This document shows, piece after piece, positions 1 through 12,695 of a stretch of 64,000 bases of DNA. The notes under the pieces were generated by a model. It saw nothing but the letters and a program-made list of their open reading frames with translations. It was not told the DNA's origin and made no database searches. Position 1 is the first letter of the stretch. Each line of letters opens with the position of its first letter. Position numbers and translations under genes: made by a program. The DNA is taken from the NCBI RefSeq assembly GCF_988242995.1, contig NZ_OZ547043.1. One strand, written 5' to 3'.

Positions 1-597
1 GGCTTCAAAAAGGTCTATTTCTGTTAATCCCGCTTCAAGAGCTGCATCCGGAGAAGAGGGGAGTAAATCATCTACGCGAAGTTTTGCGCCGTTAGCTTCG
101 TCTGTTCTTTGTTGCGCCATTGCTTCGAGTGCTCCGATAGGATTAAACGCTGTAAATCCCTCACGCATAAGACGCCCGTAGTTTGCACCCGTGACAGTAC
201 CAATAGCTTTAATTCGACGTTCTGTCATTGCGGCATTAATGGCATATCCACCTCCACCACAAATACCCAGTACACCAATACGCCCGGCATCAACGTAAGG
301 TAAGGTGGTAAGGTAATCAACGACAATGCTGAAGTCTTTTACTCGCATTGTTGGATCTTCCAGATAACGCGGTTCTCCACCGCTGCTTCCCTGAAAACTG
401 GCATCAAAAGCAATGACGATAAAGCCAGCTTTTGCCAGGGCGGCACCATACACACTACCCGATGTCTGTTCTTTGCAGCTTCCAATTGGATGGGCGCTGA
501 TAATGGCAGGATACTTTTTTTCACTATTAAAATCGTCAGGGAAATAGATATCAGCAGCTATATCCCAGTAAGTGTGTTTTATCGAAACAGTTTTCAT
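1..597 (-). CDS. alpha/beta hydrolase, dienelactone-hydrolase-like (partial; C-terminus beyond window edge)
   Basis: Hand translation of minus strand from ATG at 595-597: MKTVSIKHTYWDIAADIYFPDDFNSEKKYPAIISAHPIGSCKEQ...GVLGICGGGGY... reads open to position 1; GxCxG nucleophile-elbow-like motif. Family call from motif only. Confidence 0.55.
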   Translation of the reverse strand, partial: MKTVSIKHTYWDIAADIYFPDDFNSEKKYPAIISAHPIGSCKEQTSGSVYGAALAKAGFIVIAFDASFQGSSGGEPRYLEDPTMRVKDFSIVVDYLTTLPYVDAGRIGVLGICGGGGYAINAAMTERRIKAIGTVTGANYGRLMREGFTAFNPIGALEAMAQQRTDEANGAKLRVDDLLPSSPDAALEAGLTEIDLFEA

Positions 598-753
598 TTC
601 AAGCTCCGGGGATTTGCCTAAACAGATTTAAATATCATTTCTATTATCCGCAACTGGCATTTGTGTTCATATCGAGAACGGCGTAATAGTATGACTTGTA
701 TTGGTTATCATCAATGGTCTAATATCTATCACAGTGTTAAGTTAAGGTTTACA

Positions 754-1680
754 ATGATGAAAATAGAGCCTTCAATTTTGCCTTCTCTTGCCTGGTTTGC
801 GCTGATTGTTCGTGCCGGCAGTTTTTCCAGAGCCGCTTCTGAAATGGGTATTACGCGGGCCGCATTGTCCCAGAATTTAAAATCTCTTGAGGAACGTCTT
901 AACACCAAGCTGATATACCGTACGACCCGCAATATGTCGCTTACTGAGGAAGGACAGCGTCTGTATGAAGTGCTGGTGTCGGCTTTGGGGCAAATTGATG
1001 ATGCTTTGAAAGATGTTGGTGATACCCAACTTGAACCTACAGGCCTGTTGAGAATAAATTCCTCCCGTGTTGCAGCACGGATGCTTGTTGAGCCTCATAT
1101 TGGCGAGTTTCTTACTCGTTACCCCAAAACAAAGATAGAACTCATTATGGATGACGGTTTATCTAACATTATTGCGGACGGCTGTGATGTGGGCATACGT
1201 CTTGAGCAAGGACTGGATGAGCATATGACTGCCGTTCCTGTTTCTCCGCTTATTAAACTGGTTACTGTGGCATCGCCAGATTATTTAAAAGAACACGGTA
1301 TTCCTGAAACTCCTCAGGAACTGAGTAACCATAATTGCCTTCGGTTGCGGCATAAAAGTAGCGGTGCACTCTCTGCATGGGTGTTTTCTAATGTTGTGGG
1401 GGGTAATGAAGAGTTCGAAATAGAGGTTTCAGGTAAGTATATTTCTAATGATGACGAAAGCATGATACGAATGGCGCTGAATGGAACGGGTATCATTCAA
1501 CATCTGGATTTTGCAATCGCTGAACATATCAATGCGGGCAAGTTACAGCCGATTCTTGAGGATTGGGCCGTTTCATTTCCTGGATTTTATATATATGTTT
1601 CATCACGGGTGAGAATGCCCTCTAAAGTTCGTGCTTTTATTGATTTTATGGTGGAGAAAAGAGTAAAAATAGAAAGTTAA
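754..1680 (+). CDS. LysR-family transcriptional regulator
   Basis: ORF 661..1680; N-terminal HTH signature (AWFALIVRAGSFSRAASEMGITRAALSQNLKSLEERL) and LysR substrate-binding domain. Start chosen at MMKIEP; upstream ATGs at 661/691 are possible. Confidence 0.7.
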   Translation: MMKIEPSILPSLAWFALIVRAGSFSRAASEMGITRAALSQNLKSLEERLNTKLIYRTTRNMSLTEEGQRLYEVLVSALGQIDDALKDVGDTQLEPTGLLRINSSRVAARMLVEPHIGEFLTRYPKTKIELIMDDGLSNIIADGCDVGIRLEQGLDEHMTAVPVSPLIKLVTVASPDYLKEHGIPETPQELSNHNCLRLRHKSSGALSAWVFSNVVGGNEEFEIEVSGKYISNDDESMIRMALNGTGIIQHLDFAIAEHINAGKLQPILEDWAVSFPGFYIYVSSRVRMPSKVRAFIDFMVEKRVKIES

Positions 1681-1820
1681 TGATGTGTGTCAGAATATCG
1701 GTAAGAAGAATGGCGCAATCGTGAGGATACGTTTATTCATAATAAATCTCCTGAAAGTTTAGAATTATTTTCGATACAGCCAGATTATCATTGTTACTAA
1801 TAATGTGGTTAAAATAATAG

Positions 1821-4687
<2,867 letters not shown>

Positions 4688-5236
4688 TTATCGTTCATGA
4701 GAAGCATAACGTAAAGGGAAAAGCTCGATTAGACGGCAGGATTTGTCAGGGGTTATGAACGAAATTCATAAATCTGCTTAAGTGTTGCGATGAGTCGTGC
4801 AAGTTCGATATCCCTGCAATTCACAGTCTGATGAAGGAAAATGAATATCCATAAAAAATATATCGGTTTATCCTGGCGTATATACCTACTTCGACGTATT
4901 TCCAATAGTTGTTAATTAAAGGCAGGCCATTATTATTCACTCTGAATAATGAATTATTCACTGTCCGCAGAGTAAAAATATAACTTAGGTATCTATTTAA
5001 TAACTTGCACAAAAAGCTAAATTTTTACCCATAAATAAAAATATAATCCCGCGCCCAACCACCTGATGAGTGGCTACAGACACTGGATATATTAGGTGGC
5101 GGTGTACTTTCTTACATAAAGGTATTTCCTTTTCTGCGGAAAAGGAAATCGGGGATTTCCCGGTTTTTCTGACAAGCAGACGCCACTATTTGTGTCTGCC
5201 TATGTTCGTTAATTCGTTCATCAGGAAATTATCTCA

Positions 5237-8200
5237 ATGTCACGTTATAAAACAGGTCATAAACAACCACGATTTCGTTATTCAGTTCTGGCCCGCTGCG
5301 TGGCGTGGGCAAATATCTCTGTTCAGGTTCTTTTCCCACTCGCTGTCACCTTTACCCCAGTAATGGCGGCACGCGCGCAGCATGCGGTTCAGCCACGGTT
5401 GAGCATGGAAAATACTACGGTAGCTGCTGATAATAATGTGGAAAAAAATGTCGCGTCGTTTGCCGCAAATGCCGGGACATTTTTAAGCAGTCAGCCAGAT
5501 AGCGATGCGACACGTAACTTTATTACCGGAATGGCCACAGCTAAAGCTAACCAGGAAATACAGGAGTGGCTCGGGAAATATGGTACTGCGCGCGTCAAAC
5601 TGAATGTCGATAAAGATTTCTCGCTGAAGGATTCTTCGATGGAAATGCTTTATCCGATTTATGATACGCCGACAAATATGTTGTTCACTCAGGGGGCAAT
5701 ACATCGTACCGACGAGCGTACTCAGTCAAATATTGGTTTTGGCTGGCGTCATTTTTCAGAAAATGACTGGATGGCGGGGGTGAATACTTTTATCGATCAT
5801 GATTTATCCCGTAGTCATACCCGCATTGGTGTTGGTGCGGAATACTGGCGTGATTATTTGAAACTGAGCGCCAATGGTTATATCCGGGCTTCTGGCTGGA
5901 AAAAATCGCCGGATGTTGAGGATTATCAGGAACGCCCGGCGAATGGCTGGGATATTCGTGCTGAGGGCTATTTACCCGCCTGGCCGCAGCTTGGCGCAAG
6001 CCTGATGTATGAACAGTATTATGGCGATGAAGTCGGGCTGTTTGGTAAAGATAAACGCCAGAAAGATCCACATGCGATTACCGCTGAAGTGAATTACACG
6101 CCAGTGCCTCTTCTGACCCTGAGTGCTGGGCATAAGCAGGGCAAGAGTGGTGAGAATGACACTCGCTTTGGCCTGGAAGTTAATTATCGGATTGGCGAAC
6201 CTCTGGAAAAACAACTCGATACAGACAGCATTCGCGAGCGTCGAATGCTGGCAGGCAGCCGCTATGACCTGGTTGAGCGTAATAACAATATCGTTCTTGA
6301 GTATCGCAAATCTGAAGTGATCCGTATTGCTCTGCCTGAGCGTATTGAAGGCAAGGGCGGCCAGACGGTTTCCCTGGGGCTTGTGGTCAGCAAAGCAACT
6401 CACGGTCTGAAAAATGTGCAATGGGAAGCGCCGTCTTTGCTGGCCGCAGGCGGAAAAATTACGGGGCAGGGCAATCAGTGGCAAGTGACGCTCCCGGCTT
6501 ATCAGGCAGGCAAAGACAATTATTATGCGGTTTCAGCGATTGCCTACGATAACAAAGGCAATGCCTCGAAACGTGTGCAGACAGAAGTGGTTATTAGCGG
6601 AGCTGGTATGAGCGCCGATCGTACGGCGTTAACGCTTGACGGTCAGAGCCGTATTCAAATGCTTGCTAACGGTAATGAGCAAAAGCCGCTGGTGCTGTCT
6701 CTGCGCGACGCCGAGGGTCAGCCAGTCACGGGCATGAAAGATCAGATCAAGACTGAACTAACTTTCAAACCGGCTGGAAATATTGTGACTCGTTCTCTGA
6801 AGGCCACTAAATCACAGGCAAAGCCAACACTGGGTGAGTTCACCGAAACTGAAGCAGGGGTGTATCAGTCTGTCTTTACTACCGGAACGCAGTCAGGTGA
6901 GGCAACGATTACTGTTAGCGTTGATGACATGAGCAAAACTGTCACTGCAGAACTGCGGGCCACGATGATGGATGTGGCAAACTCCACCCTGAGCGCTAAC
7001 GAGCCGTCAGGTGATGTGGTTGCTGATGGTCAGCAAGCCTACACGCTGACACTGACAGCGGTGGACTCCGAGGGTAATCCGGTGACGGGAGAAGCCAGCC
7101 GCCTGCGACTTGTTCCGCAAGACACTAATGGTGTAACCGTTGGTGCCATTTCGGAAATAAAACCAGGGGTTTACAGCGCCACGGTTTCTTCGACCCGTGC
7201 CGGAAACGTTGTTGTGCGTGCCTTCAGCGAGCAGTATCAGCTGGGCACATTACAACAAACGCTGAAGTTTGTTGCAGGGCCGCTTGATGCAGCACATTCG
7301 TCCATCACCCTGAATCCTGATAAACCGGTGGTTGGCGGTACAGTTACGGCAATCTGGACGGCAAAAGATGCCTATGACAACCCTGTGACCAGCCTCACGC
7401 CGGAAGCGCCGTCATTAGCGGGGGCTGCGGCTGTAGGTTCTACAGCATCTGGCTGGACAAATAATGGTGATGGGACGTGGACTGCGCAGATTACTCTCGG
7501 CTCTACGGCGGGTGAATTAGAAGTTATGCCGAAGCTAAATGGACAGGATGCGGCAGCAAACGCGGCAAAAGTAACCGTGGTGGCTGATGCGTTATCTTCA
7601 AACCAGTCGAAAGTCTCTGTCGTAAAAGATCACGTAAAAGCCGGCGAAAGCACAACCGTGACGCTGGTGGCGAAAGATGCGCATGGCAACGCTATCAGTG
7701 GTCTTTCGTTGTCGGCAAGTTTGACGGGGACCGCCTCTGAAGGGGCGACTATTTCCAGTTGGACCGAAAAAGGTGACGGTTCCTATGTTGCTACGTTGAC
7801 TACAGGCGGAAAGACGGGCGAGCTTCGCGTCATGCCTCTCTTCAATGGCCAGCCAGCAGCCACCGAAGCCGCGCAGTTGACGGTCATCGCTGGAGAGATG
7901 TCATCAGCTAACTCTACGCTTGTTGCGGACAATAAGGCTCCGGTCGTCAAAACGACGACGGAACTCACCTTCACCGTGAAGGATGCGTACGGGAACCCGG
8001 TCACCGGGCTGAAGCCAGATGCACCAGTGTTTAGCGGTGCCGCCAGCACGGGGAGTGAGCGTCCTTCAGCAGGAAACTGGACAGAGAAAGGTAATGGGGT
8101 CTACGTGTCGACCTTAACGCTGGGATCTGCCGCGGGTCAGTTGTCTGTGATGCCACGCGTGAACGGCCTAAATGCCGTTGCTCAGCCACTGGTGCTGAAT

Positions 8201-9490
8201 GTTGCAGGCGACGCTTCCCGGGCAGTGATCAGTGATATGGCGGTGAAGGTGAATAACCAACTGGCAAATGGACAGTCTGCTAACCAGATAACCCTGACCG
8301 TCGTGGACAGCTATGGTAACCCGTTGCAGGGGCAAGAAGTTACGCTGACTTTACCGCAGGGTGTGACCAGCAAGACGGGGAATACGGTAACAACCAATAC
8401 GGCAGGTAAAGCTGACATTGAGCTGATGTCAACGGTTGCCGGGGAACTTGAGATCGAGGCCGCGGTGAAAAACTCTCAGAAGACGGTCACGGTGAAATTC
8501 AACGCGGATGCCAGCACCGGTCAGGCGAGCCTGGAGGTAGACGCCGCTGCTCAAAAAGTGGCAAACGGCAAAGATGCCTTTACGCTGACGGCGACCGTTG
8601 AGGATAAAAACGGTAACCCTGTTCCAGGCACTCTGGTGACCTTTAATCTGCCCCGAGGTGTCAAGCCGCTTACTGGCGATAATGTCTGGGTGAAAGCCAA
8701 CGATGAGGGGAAAGCAGAGTTGCAGGTGGTTTCCGTGACTGCCGGAACCTATGAGATCACGGCGTCGGCAGGAAATGACCAGCCTTCGGATGCGCAGACT
8801 ATAACGTTTGTGGCCGATAAGGCGACCGCAACCGTCTCCGGTATTGAGGTGATTGGCAACTATGCACTGGCGGATGGCAAAGCCAAACAGACGTATAAAG
8901 TTACGGTGACTGATGCCAATAACAACCTGTTGAAAGATAGCGAGGTGACGCTGACTGCCAGCCCGGCAAATTTAGCTCTGGATCCCGATGGGACGGCGAA
9001 AACTAATGAGCAAGGGCAGGCTATTTTCACCGCCACGACCACTGTCGCAGCGAAATATACACTCACGGCGAAAGTGGAACAGGCCAACGGTCAGGAATCG
9101 ACGAAAACTGCTGAATCTAAATTCGTCGCGGATGATAAAAACGCGGTGCTCGCCGCATCATCTGATGTGCAATCGCTGGTGGCGGATGGGAAATCGACTG
9201 CGAAGCTGGAGGTGACCCTGATGTCGGCAAATAACCCCGTTGGCGGAAATATGTGGGTCGACATTCAGACGCCGGAAGGGGTGACGGAGAAGGATTATCA
9301 GTTCCTGCCGTCGAAAAATGACCATTTCGTGAGCGGAAAAATCACGCGTACATTTAGTACCAACAAGCCAGGTGTCTATACGTTCACATTTAACGCCCTG
9401 ACGTATGGCGGGTACGAAATGAAGCCAGTGACGGTGACCATAACCGCGGTGGATGCCGATACGGCAAAGGGCGAGGTGGCGATGAAATAA
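5237..9490 (+). CDS. eaeH: intimin/invasin-family inverse-autotransporter adhesin with repeated bacterial Ig-like (Big) domains (EaeH/FdeC), full length
   Basis: 1417-aa uninterrupted ORF; N-terminal beta-barrel region followed by about ten ~100-aa repeats carrying T(L)T..VDSYGNPV.G-type Big_1 motifs. Confidence 0.85.
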   Translation: MSRYKTGHKQPRFRYSVLARCVAWANISVQVLFPLAVTFTPVMAARAQHAVQPRLSMENTTVAADNNVEKNVASFAANAGTFLSSQPDSDATRNFITGMATAKANQEIQEWLGKYGTARVKLNVDKDFSLKDSSMEMLYPIYDTPTNMLFTQGAIHRTDERTQSNIGFGWRHFSENDWMAGVNTFIDHDLSRSHTRIGVGAEYWRDYLKLSANGYIRASGWKKSPDVEDYQERPANGWDIRAEGYLPAWPQLGASLMYEQYYGDEVGLFGKDKRQKDPHAITAEVNYTPVPLLTLSAGHKQGKSGENDTRFGLEVNYRIGEPLEKQLDTDSIRERRMLAGSRYDLVERNNNIVLEYRKSEVIRIALPERIEGKGGQTVSLGLVVSKATHGLKNVQWEAPSLLAAGGKITGQGNQWQVTLPAYQAGKDNYYAVSAIAYDNKGNASKRVQTEVVISGAGMSADRTALTLDGQSRIQMLANGNEQKPLVLSLRDAEGQPVTGMKDQIKTELTFKPAGNIVTRSLKATKSQAKPTLGEFTETEAGVYQSVFTTGTQSGEATITVSVDDMSKTVTAELRATMMDVANSTLSANEPSGDVVADGQQAYTLTLTAVDSEGNPVTGEASRLRLVPQDTNGVTVGAISEIKPGVYSATVSSTRAGNVVVRAFSEQYQLGTLQQTLKFVAGPLDAAHSSITLNPDKPVVGGTVTAIWTAKDAYDNPVTSLTPEAPSLAGAAAVGSTASGWTNNGDGTWTAQITLGSTAGELEVMPKLNGQDAAANAAKVTVVADALSSNQSKVSVVKDHVKAGESTTVTLVAKDAHGNAISGLSLSASLTGTASEGATISSWTEKGDGSYVATLTTGGKTGELRVMPLFNGQPAATEAAQLTVIAGEMSSANSTLVADNKAPVVKTTTELTFTVKDAYGNPVTGLKPDAPVFSGAASTGSERPSAGNWTEKGNGVYVSTLTLGSAAGQLSVMPRVNGLNAVAQPLVLNVAGDASRAVISDMAVKVNNQLANGQSANQITLTVVDSYGNPLQGQEVTLTLPQGVTSKTGNTVTTNTAGKADIELMSTVAGELEIEAAVKNSQKTVTVKFNADASTGQASLEVDAAAQKVANGKDAFTLTATVEDKNGNPVPGTLVTFNLPRGVKPLTGDNVWVKANDEGKAELQVVSVTAGTYEITASAGNDQPSDAQTITFVADKATATVSGIEVIGNYALADGKAKQTYKVTVTDANNNLLKDSEVTLTASPANLALDPDGTAKTNEQGQAIFTATTTVAAKYTLTAKVEQANGQESTKTAESKFVADDKNAVLAASSDVQSLVADGKSTAKLEVTLMSANNPVGGNMWVDIQTPEGVTEKDYQFLPSKNDHFVSGKITRTFSTNKPGVYTFTFNALTYGGYEMKPVTVTITAVDADTAKGEVAMK

Positions 9491-9523
9491 TATTAAGAAT
9501 ATGAAAGTAACATTCTAATAAAC

Positions 9524-9556
9524 AATAATGGCGTTGACATCTTCAACGCCATTATT
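9524..9556. terminator. 14-bp perfect inverted repeat between convergent eaeH and ykgA; likely bidirectional terminator
   Basis: aataatggcgttga-catct-tcaacgccattatt, T-rich on both flanks. Confidence 0.45.
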
Positions 9557-9610
9557 TATTGAATTGCCTGACAGTAGTCTCGTTATATATTCATTTAGAT
9601 ATAGCGACAA

Positions 9611-10516
9611 CTAAACCGGACGAACGGGGATAAAAATTTCGCAAACAATGTTATTGCTATCAATTTCGACGAAATTTTCATTGTAATAAAACCGCTCAAT
9701 ATCACTGCCGTTCACTCTGGCTAACCCCCTGGCAGGTAATTCCATCAGATAGAGGTTTCGCGCCCATTCAGGGTAGTGCTCCCACTCACCTTCATAGCGG
9801 AAAGAGGCATACAGTCCTCGGTTAATTGTCCACTCTTTCGACATCTCTGAATCGGTTTGTTTGCATACCGTACCGGCAAAAGTTTCAACTGTGAGCAAAT
9901 CGACCGATTTTGTTGACGGTTCGAATGTGGAGACGAAATAGATATCCGTCTTAAAACTCTTCATACATCTGGCTAAATGATGACGTCGCAGTTTGACTTC
10001 TTCATCCGGTGATTTATTCGACACTTCAATGTCATATTTAAATGAATCGCCAAAAATAGGTGTCTCAGGAAAGTTGACTAATTTACACTCCGTCTTTTGC
10101 TGTTGACGTATTAAAAAAGAAGGGAAGATATTTGCGAGATCCCAATAATCACGGTGGCGGTATTCACGGGGAGAGCAGCCGAATAACTTTTTAAATTCGC
10201 GGCTGAATGACTGCTGTGAATCAAAATGCAAAGAGAGTGCAATATCAAGCATAGATTTCGCGGTGAGCCGGACAAGAATGGCGGCACGACAAAGCCTTCG
10301 TTTGCGAATGTATTCTCCCAAAGGCACATGCATGAAATTTCGGAACAGAAGCTGGATGTTGCGTCTGCTGTAGCCAGATTTCTGTGCGATATCTTCGATT
10401 GAAATAGGGTGTTCGAGATTGCACTCAATCCACTCCAGGAGCTGCTGTAGAATCTTCTGCCTGATCATCACATTCTCCGTTAATTCTTTGTCATATCGCA
10501 CATTTTCGTTATGCAC
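9611..10516 (-). CDS. ykgA: AraC-family regulator with C-terminal GyrI-like effector domain (Rob-like architecture)
   Basis: 301-aa ORF; AraC HTH signatures (IEDIAQKSGYSRRNIQLLFRNF..., SQQSFSREFKKLFGCSPREYR). Start may be the internal MIRQKIL. Gene name from recalled K-12 neighbourhood. Confidence 0.65.
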   Translation of the reverse strand: MHNENVRYDKELTENVMIRQKILQQLLEWIECNLEHPISIEDIAQKSGYSRRNIQLLFRNFMHVPLGEYIRKRRLCRAAILVRLTAKSMLDIALSLHFDSQQSFSREFKKLFGCSPREYRHRDYWDLANIFPSFLIRQQQKTECKLVNFPETPIFGDSFKYDIEVSNKSPDEEVKLRRHHLARCMKSFKTDIYFVSTFEPSTKSVDLLTVETFAGTVCKQTDSEMSKEWTINRGLYASFRYEGEWEHYPEWARNLYLMELPARGLARVNGSDIERFYYNENFVEIDSNNIVCEIFIPVRPV

Positions 10517-10716
10517 TGGGCCCTAAGTGTATCAAAAACAGCAAGGGCGAAGGCAAAAGCACTGGTAGCGTCTGCTTCGTTGTCCCCTAAAATAGAGAGG
10601 TTTCAGTCCTACATTATTAATGAATTTTTTGCATAAGTGATATCAAAATCCACATACTAATTTGAGGTTACGTTTTAACGTAGACTCATTGTTCATGCCT
10701 AATGGAGGGACTGACA

Positions 10717-11586
10717 GTGGAATTTTCCGTATTAAGTAACAATCTGAAAATGCCGATGATGGGATTTGGTGTTTTTCAGGTTACCGATAAAAACGTGTGC
10801 AAACAGTCAGTGTTGAACGCTATCCGCACGGGTTATCGACTCATCGACACTGCAGCGGTATACGGTAATGAAGATGCCGTCGGTGAAGCCGTTCGTGAAG
10901 CTATATCTGAAGGTTTATGTACCCGAGATGAGTTATTTATAACGTCTAAATTGTGGGTGCAGGATATGTTGAATCAGGATACGGCAAAAGCAGGTATTGA
11001 AGCGTCATTAAAAAAATCGGAACTAGAATACTTCGACCTCTATTTATTGCACCAGGCTATGCGCGATTATTTCAGTGCGTGGCGTGCACTCGAAGATGCC
11101 TATGAAGAGGGCAAATTAAAAGCAATTGGGGTTTCCAATTTCTATCCTCATGTTCTGGCGAACTTTTGTGAAACGGTAAGAGTTAAACCGATGGTCAACC
11201 AGGTCGAGTTGCATCCCTATTTTGCCCAACCAGAGGCGCTGGCAACCATGAAGTATTATAACGTGCAGCCTGAAGCATGGGCTCCGTTAGGTGGTGGACG
11301 ACATAAACCCTTTGAAAATAATCTGCTTCAGAGTATTGCAGATGCCCATCAAAAATCGATTTCTCAGGTCATTCTGCGTTGGAATATTCAACGGGGAGTG
11401 GTCGTTATTCCGAAATCGACACATCAACAGCGTATCGAAGAAAATTTTGCTATCTGGGATTTCTCACTGACAGAGAAAGAAATGGCACAAATTAGCTCGC
11501 TTGATTTGGGTTATGTTGGGGAGTCGGTAAAACATTTTAATCCTGAATTTGTTCGTGGTTGTCTTGCTGTAAAAATACATGATTGA
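10717..11586 (+). CDS. aldo-keto reductase (DkgA-like)
   Basis: ORF 10702..11586; GGAGGG at 10704-10709 then in-frame GTG at 10717; MPMMGFGVFQ...[14 protein letters not shown]...IGVSNF motifs. Confidence 0.7.
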   Translation: MEFSVLSNNLKMPMMGFGVFQVTDKNVCKQSVLNAIRTGYRLIDTAAVYGNEDAVGEAVREAISEGLCTRDELFITSKLWVQDMLNQDTAKAGIEASLKKSELEYFDLYLLHQAMRDYFSAWRALEDAYEEGKLKAIGVSNFYPHVLANFCETVRVKPMVNQVELHPYFAQPEALATMKYYNVQPEAWAPLGGGRHKPFENNLLQSIADAHQKSISQVILRWNIQRGVVVIPKSTHQQRIEENFAIWDFSLTEKEMAQISSLDLGYVGESVKHFNPEFVRGCLAVKIHD

Positions 11587-11745
11587 TATTAATCATGTAT
11601 TTTACCTGAGACGACAAGAATCTTTTAACAGGGGAGTGATATTGATCTTCACTCTGTCATGTCTCCGGTAATATGGCGTCAGGCTTCATCATCAGAAAGG
11701 GGGCCTGACGCCTGCAAAAGTGAACAACAGACAGTGTTCGGATTA

Positions 11746-12339
11746 TCAATATTCAGTTTTTAGCGTTGAACTGGATTCATTACTGCGTTGTTTAAGAATT
11801 TCCCGCGCCGAATCTGCCATTATCATGACAGCACCTGCCAGCATCAGAGTATCTTTCAATACCAGGCGACCAGCACCGGATAAATAAGGGAAACCATGAT
11901 GAGCGTCACCCAATGCGGGTACCCATGCCTCCGGGGTGGTGATTAAAAATGAGAGTGTTACCAACGGTGTGGTAAATGCCATCAGCCCTCCCAATAAACC
12001 TAACCAGCGATTGACAGGATTAGCCAAAACCAGCAGAGCAATAATCACCTCCACGACGCCAAGACCGTTGGAAAAACCATAGGTATTATTGGCCGATTGC
12101 CATGCCCTTGCTTCTGGTTTGTATTCGCCTTCGTGAGTCAGATACTGTTTATAGTCTTCCGGGTGTTCATAAAAGAACGACATTAGTGGACTGTTTGCGA
12201 CGAATGGTGTAATGCTGTCTGCCTCGTAAGGGACAAACTTTAATAACCCAATCCACATAAAAACAATCGCAATACTCAGACGAATCAATGTCAGGCCAAT
12301 TTTATCTCCCCGACTTAACAGGTGCAGGTATTTCTCCAT
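11746..12339 (-). CDS. rclC: inner-membrane protein of the reactive-chlorine resistance operon
   Basis: ORF 11746..12348; start set to MEKYLHLLSRG; multiple hydrophobic segments; position matches recalled K-12 rclC/ykgB. Confidence 0.8.
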   Translation of the reverse strand: MEKYLHLLSRGDKIGLTLIRLSIAIVFMWIGLLKFVPYEADSITPFVANSPLMSFFYEHPEDYKQYLTHEGEYKPEARAWQSANNTYGFSNGLGVVEVIIALLVLANPVNRWLGLLGGLMAFTTPLVTLSFLITTPEAWVPALGDAHHGFPYLSGAGRLVLKDTLMLAGAVMIMADSAREILKQRSNESSSTLKTEY

Positions 12340-12350
12340 TGTAAACATCC

Positions 12351-12587
12351 TTATTTATACAATACTGCTGTTGCGGTTGAATTATTATCAATTCGCATCG
12401 ATGTGACTTTCCAGGATGAAGCATTATATTTTCTAGCCATATCAGCAATGGCATCCTCAAGAACTGTCGGTGATGCTGATACTGACGAGACGCTGATATG
12501 TTTCAGAATTATTTTATCATCTGCATTGGTGGAAAATGCCATAACGCCAGATAATAGTGTTGCAAATAAAACAGGTTTTTTAAACAT
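12351..12587 (-). CDS. rclB: small periplasmic DUF1471-type protein
   Basis: ORF 12351..12602; signal peptide MFKKPVLFATLLSGVMAFSTNA; start set to MFKKP. Confidence 0.7.
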   Translation of the reverse strand: MFKKPVLFATLLSGVMAFSTNADDKIILKHISVSSVSASPTVLEDAIADMARKYNASSWKVTSMRIDNNSTATAVLYK

Positions 12588-12695
12588 ATAAAATACCATC
12601 AATGAAGTGATTAAGAAGTTATATAATAACAGGGAATTAATAAGATTCTTTTCTCTGAGACGCCAGAATATTTGTCCTGGCGTCTGATTTTGGGT

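Noticed and set aside
5070-5363. 97-aa ORF upstream of and overlapping the eaeH start
   Set aside because: Lies in the AT-rich promoter region, overlaps the eaeH start out of frame, no RBS.
5972-6484. 170-aa minus-strand ORF (and several 60-100-aa ORFs) inside the eaeH coding region
   Set aside because: Fully antisense to a long, well-supported gene with no independent start context; typical spurious antisense ORFs.
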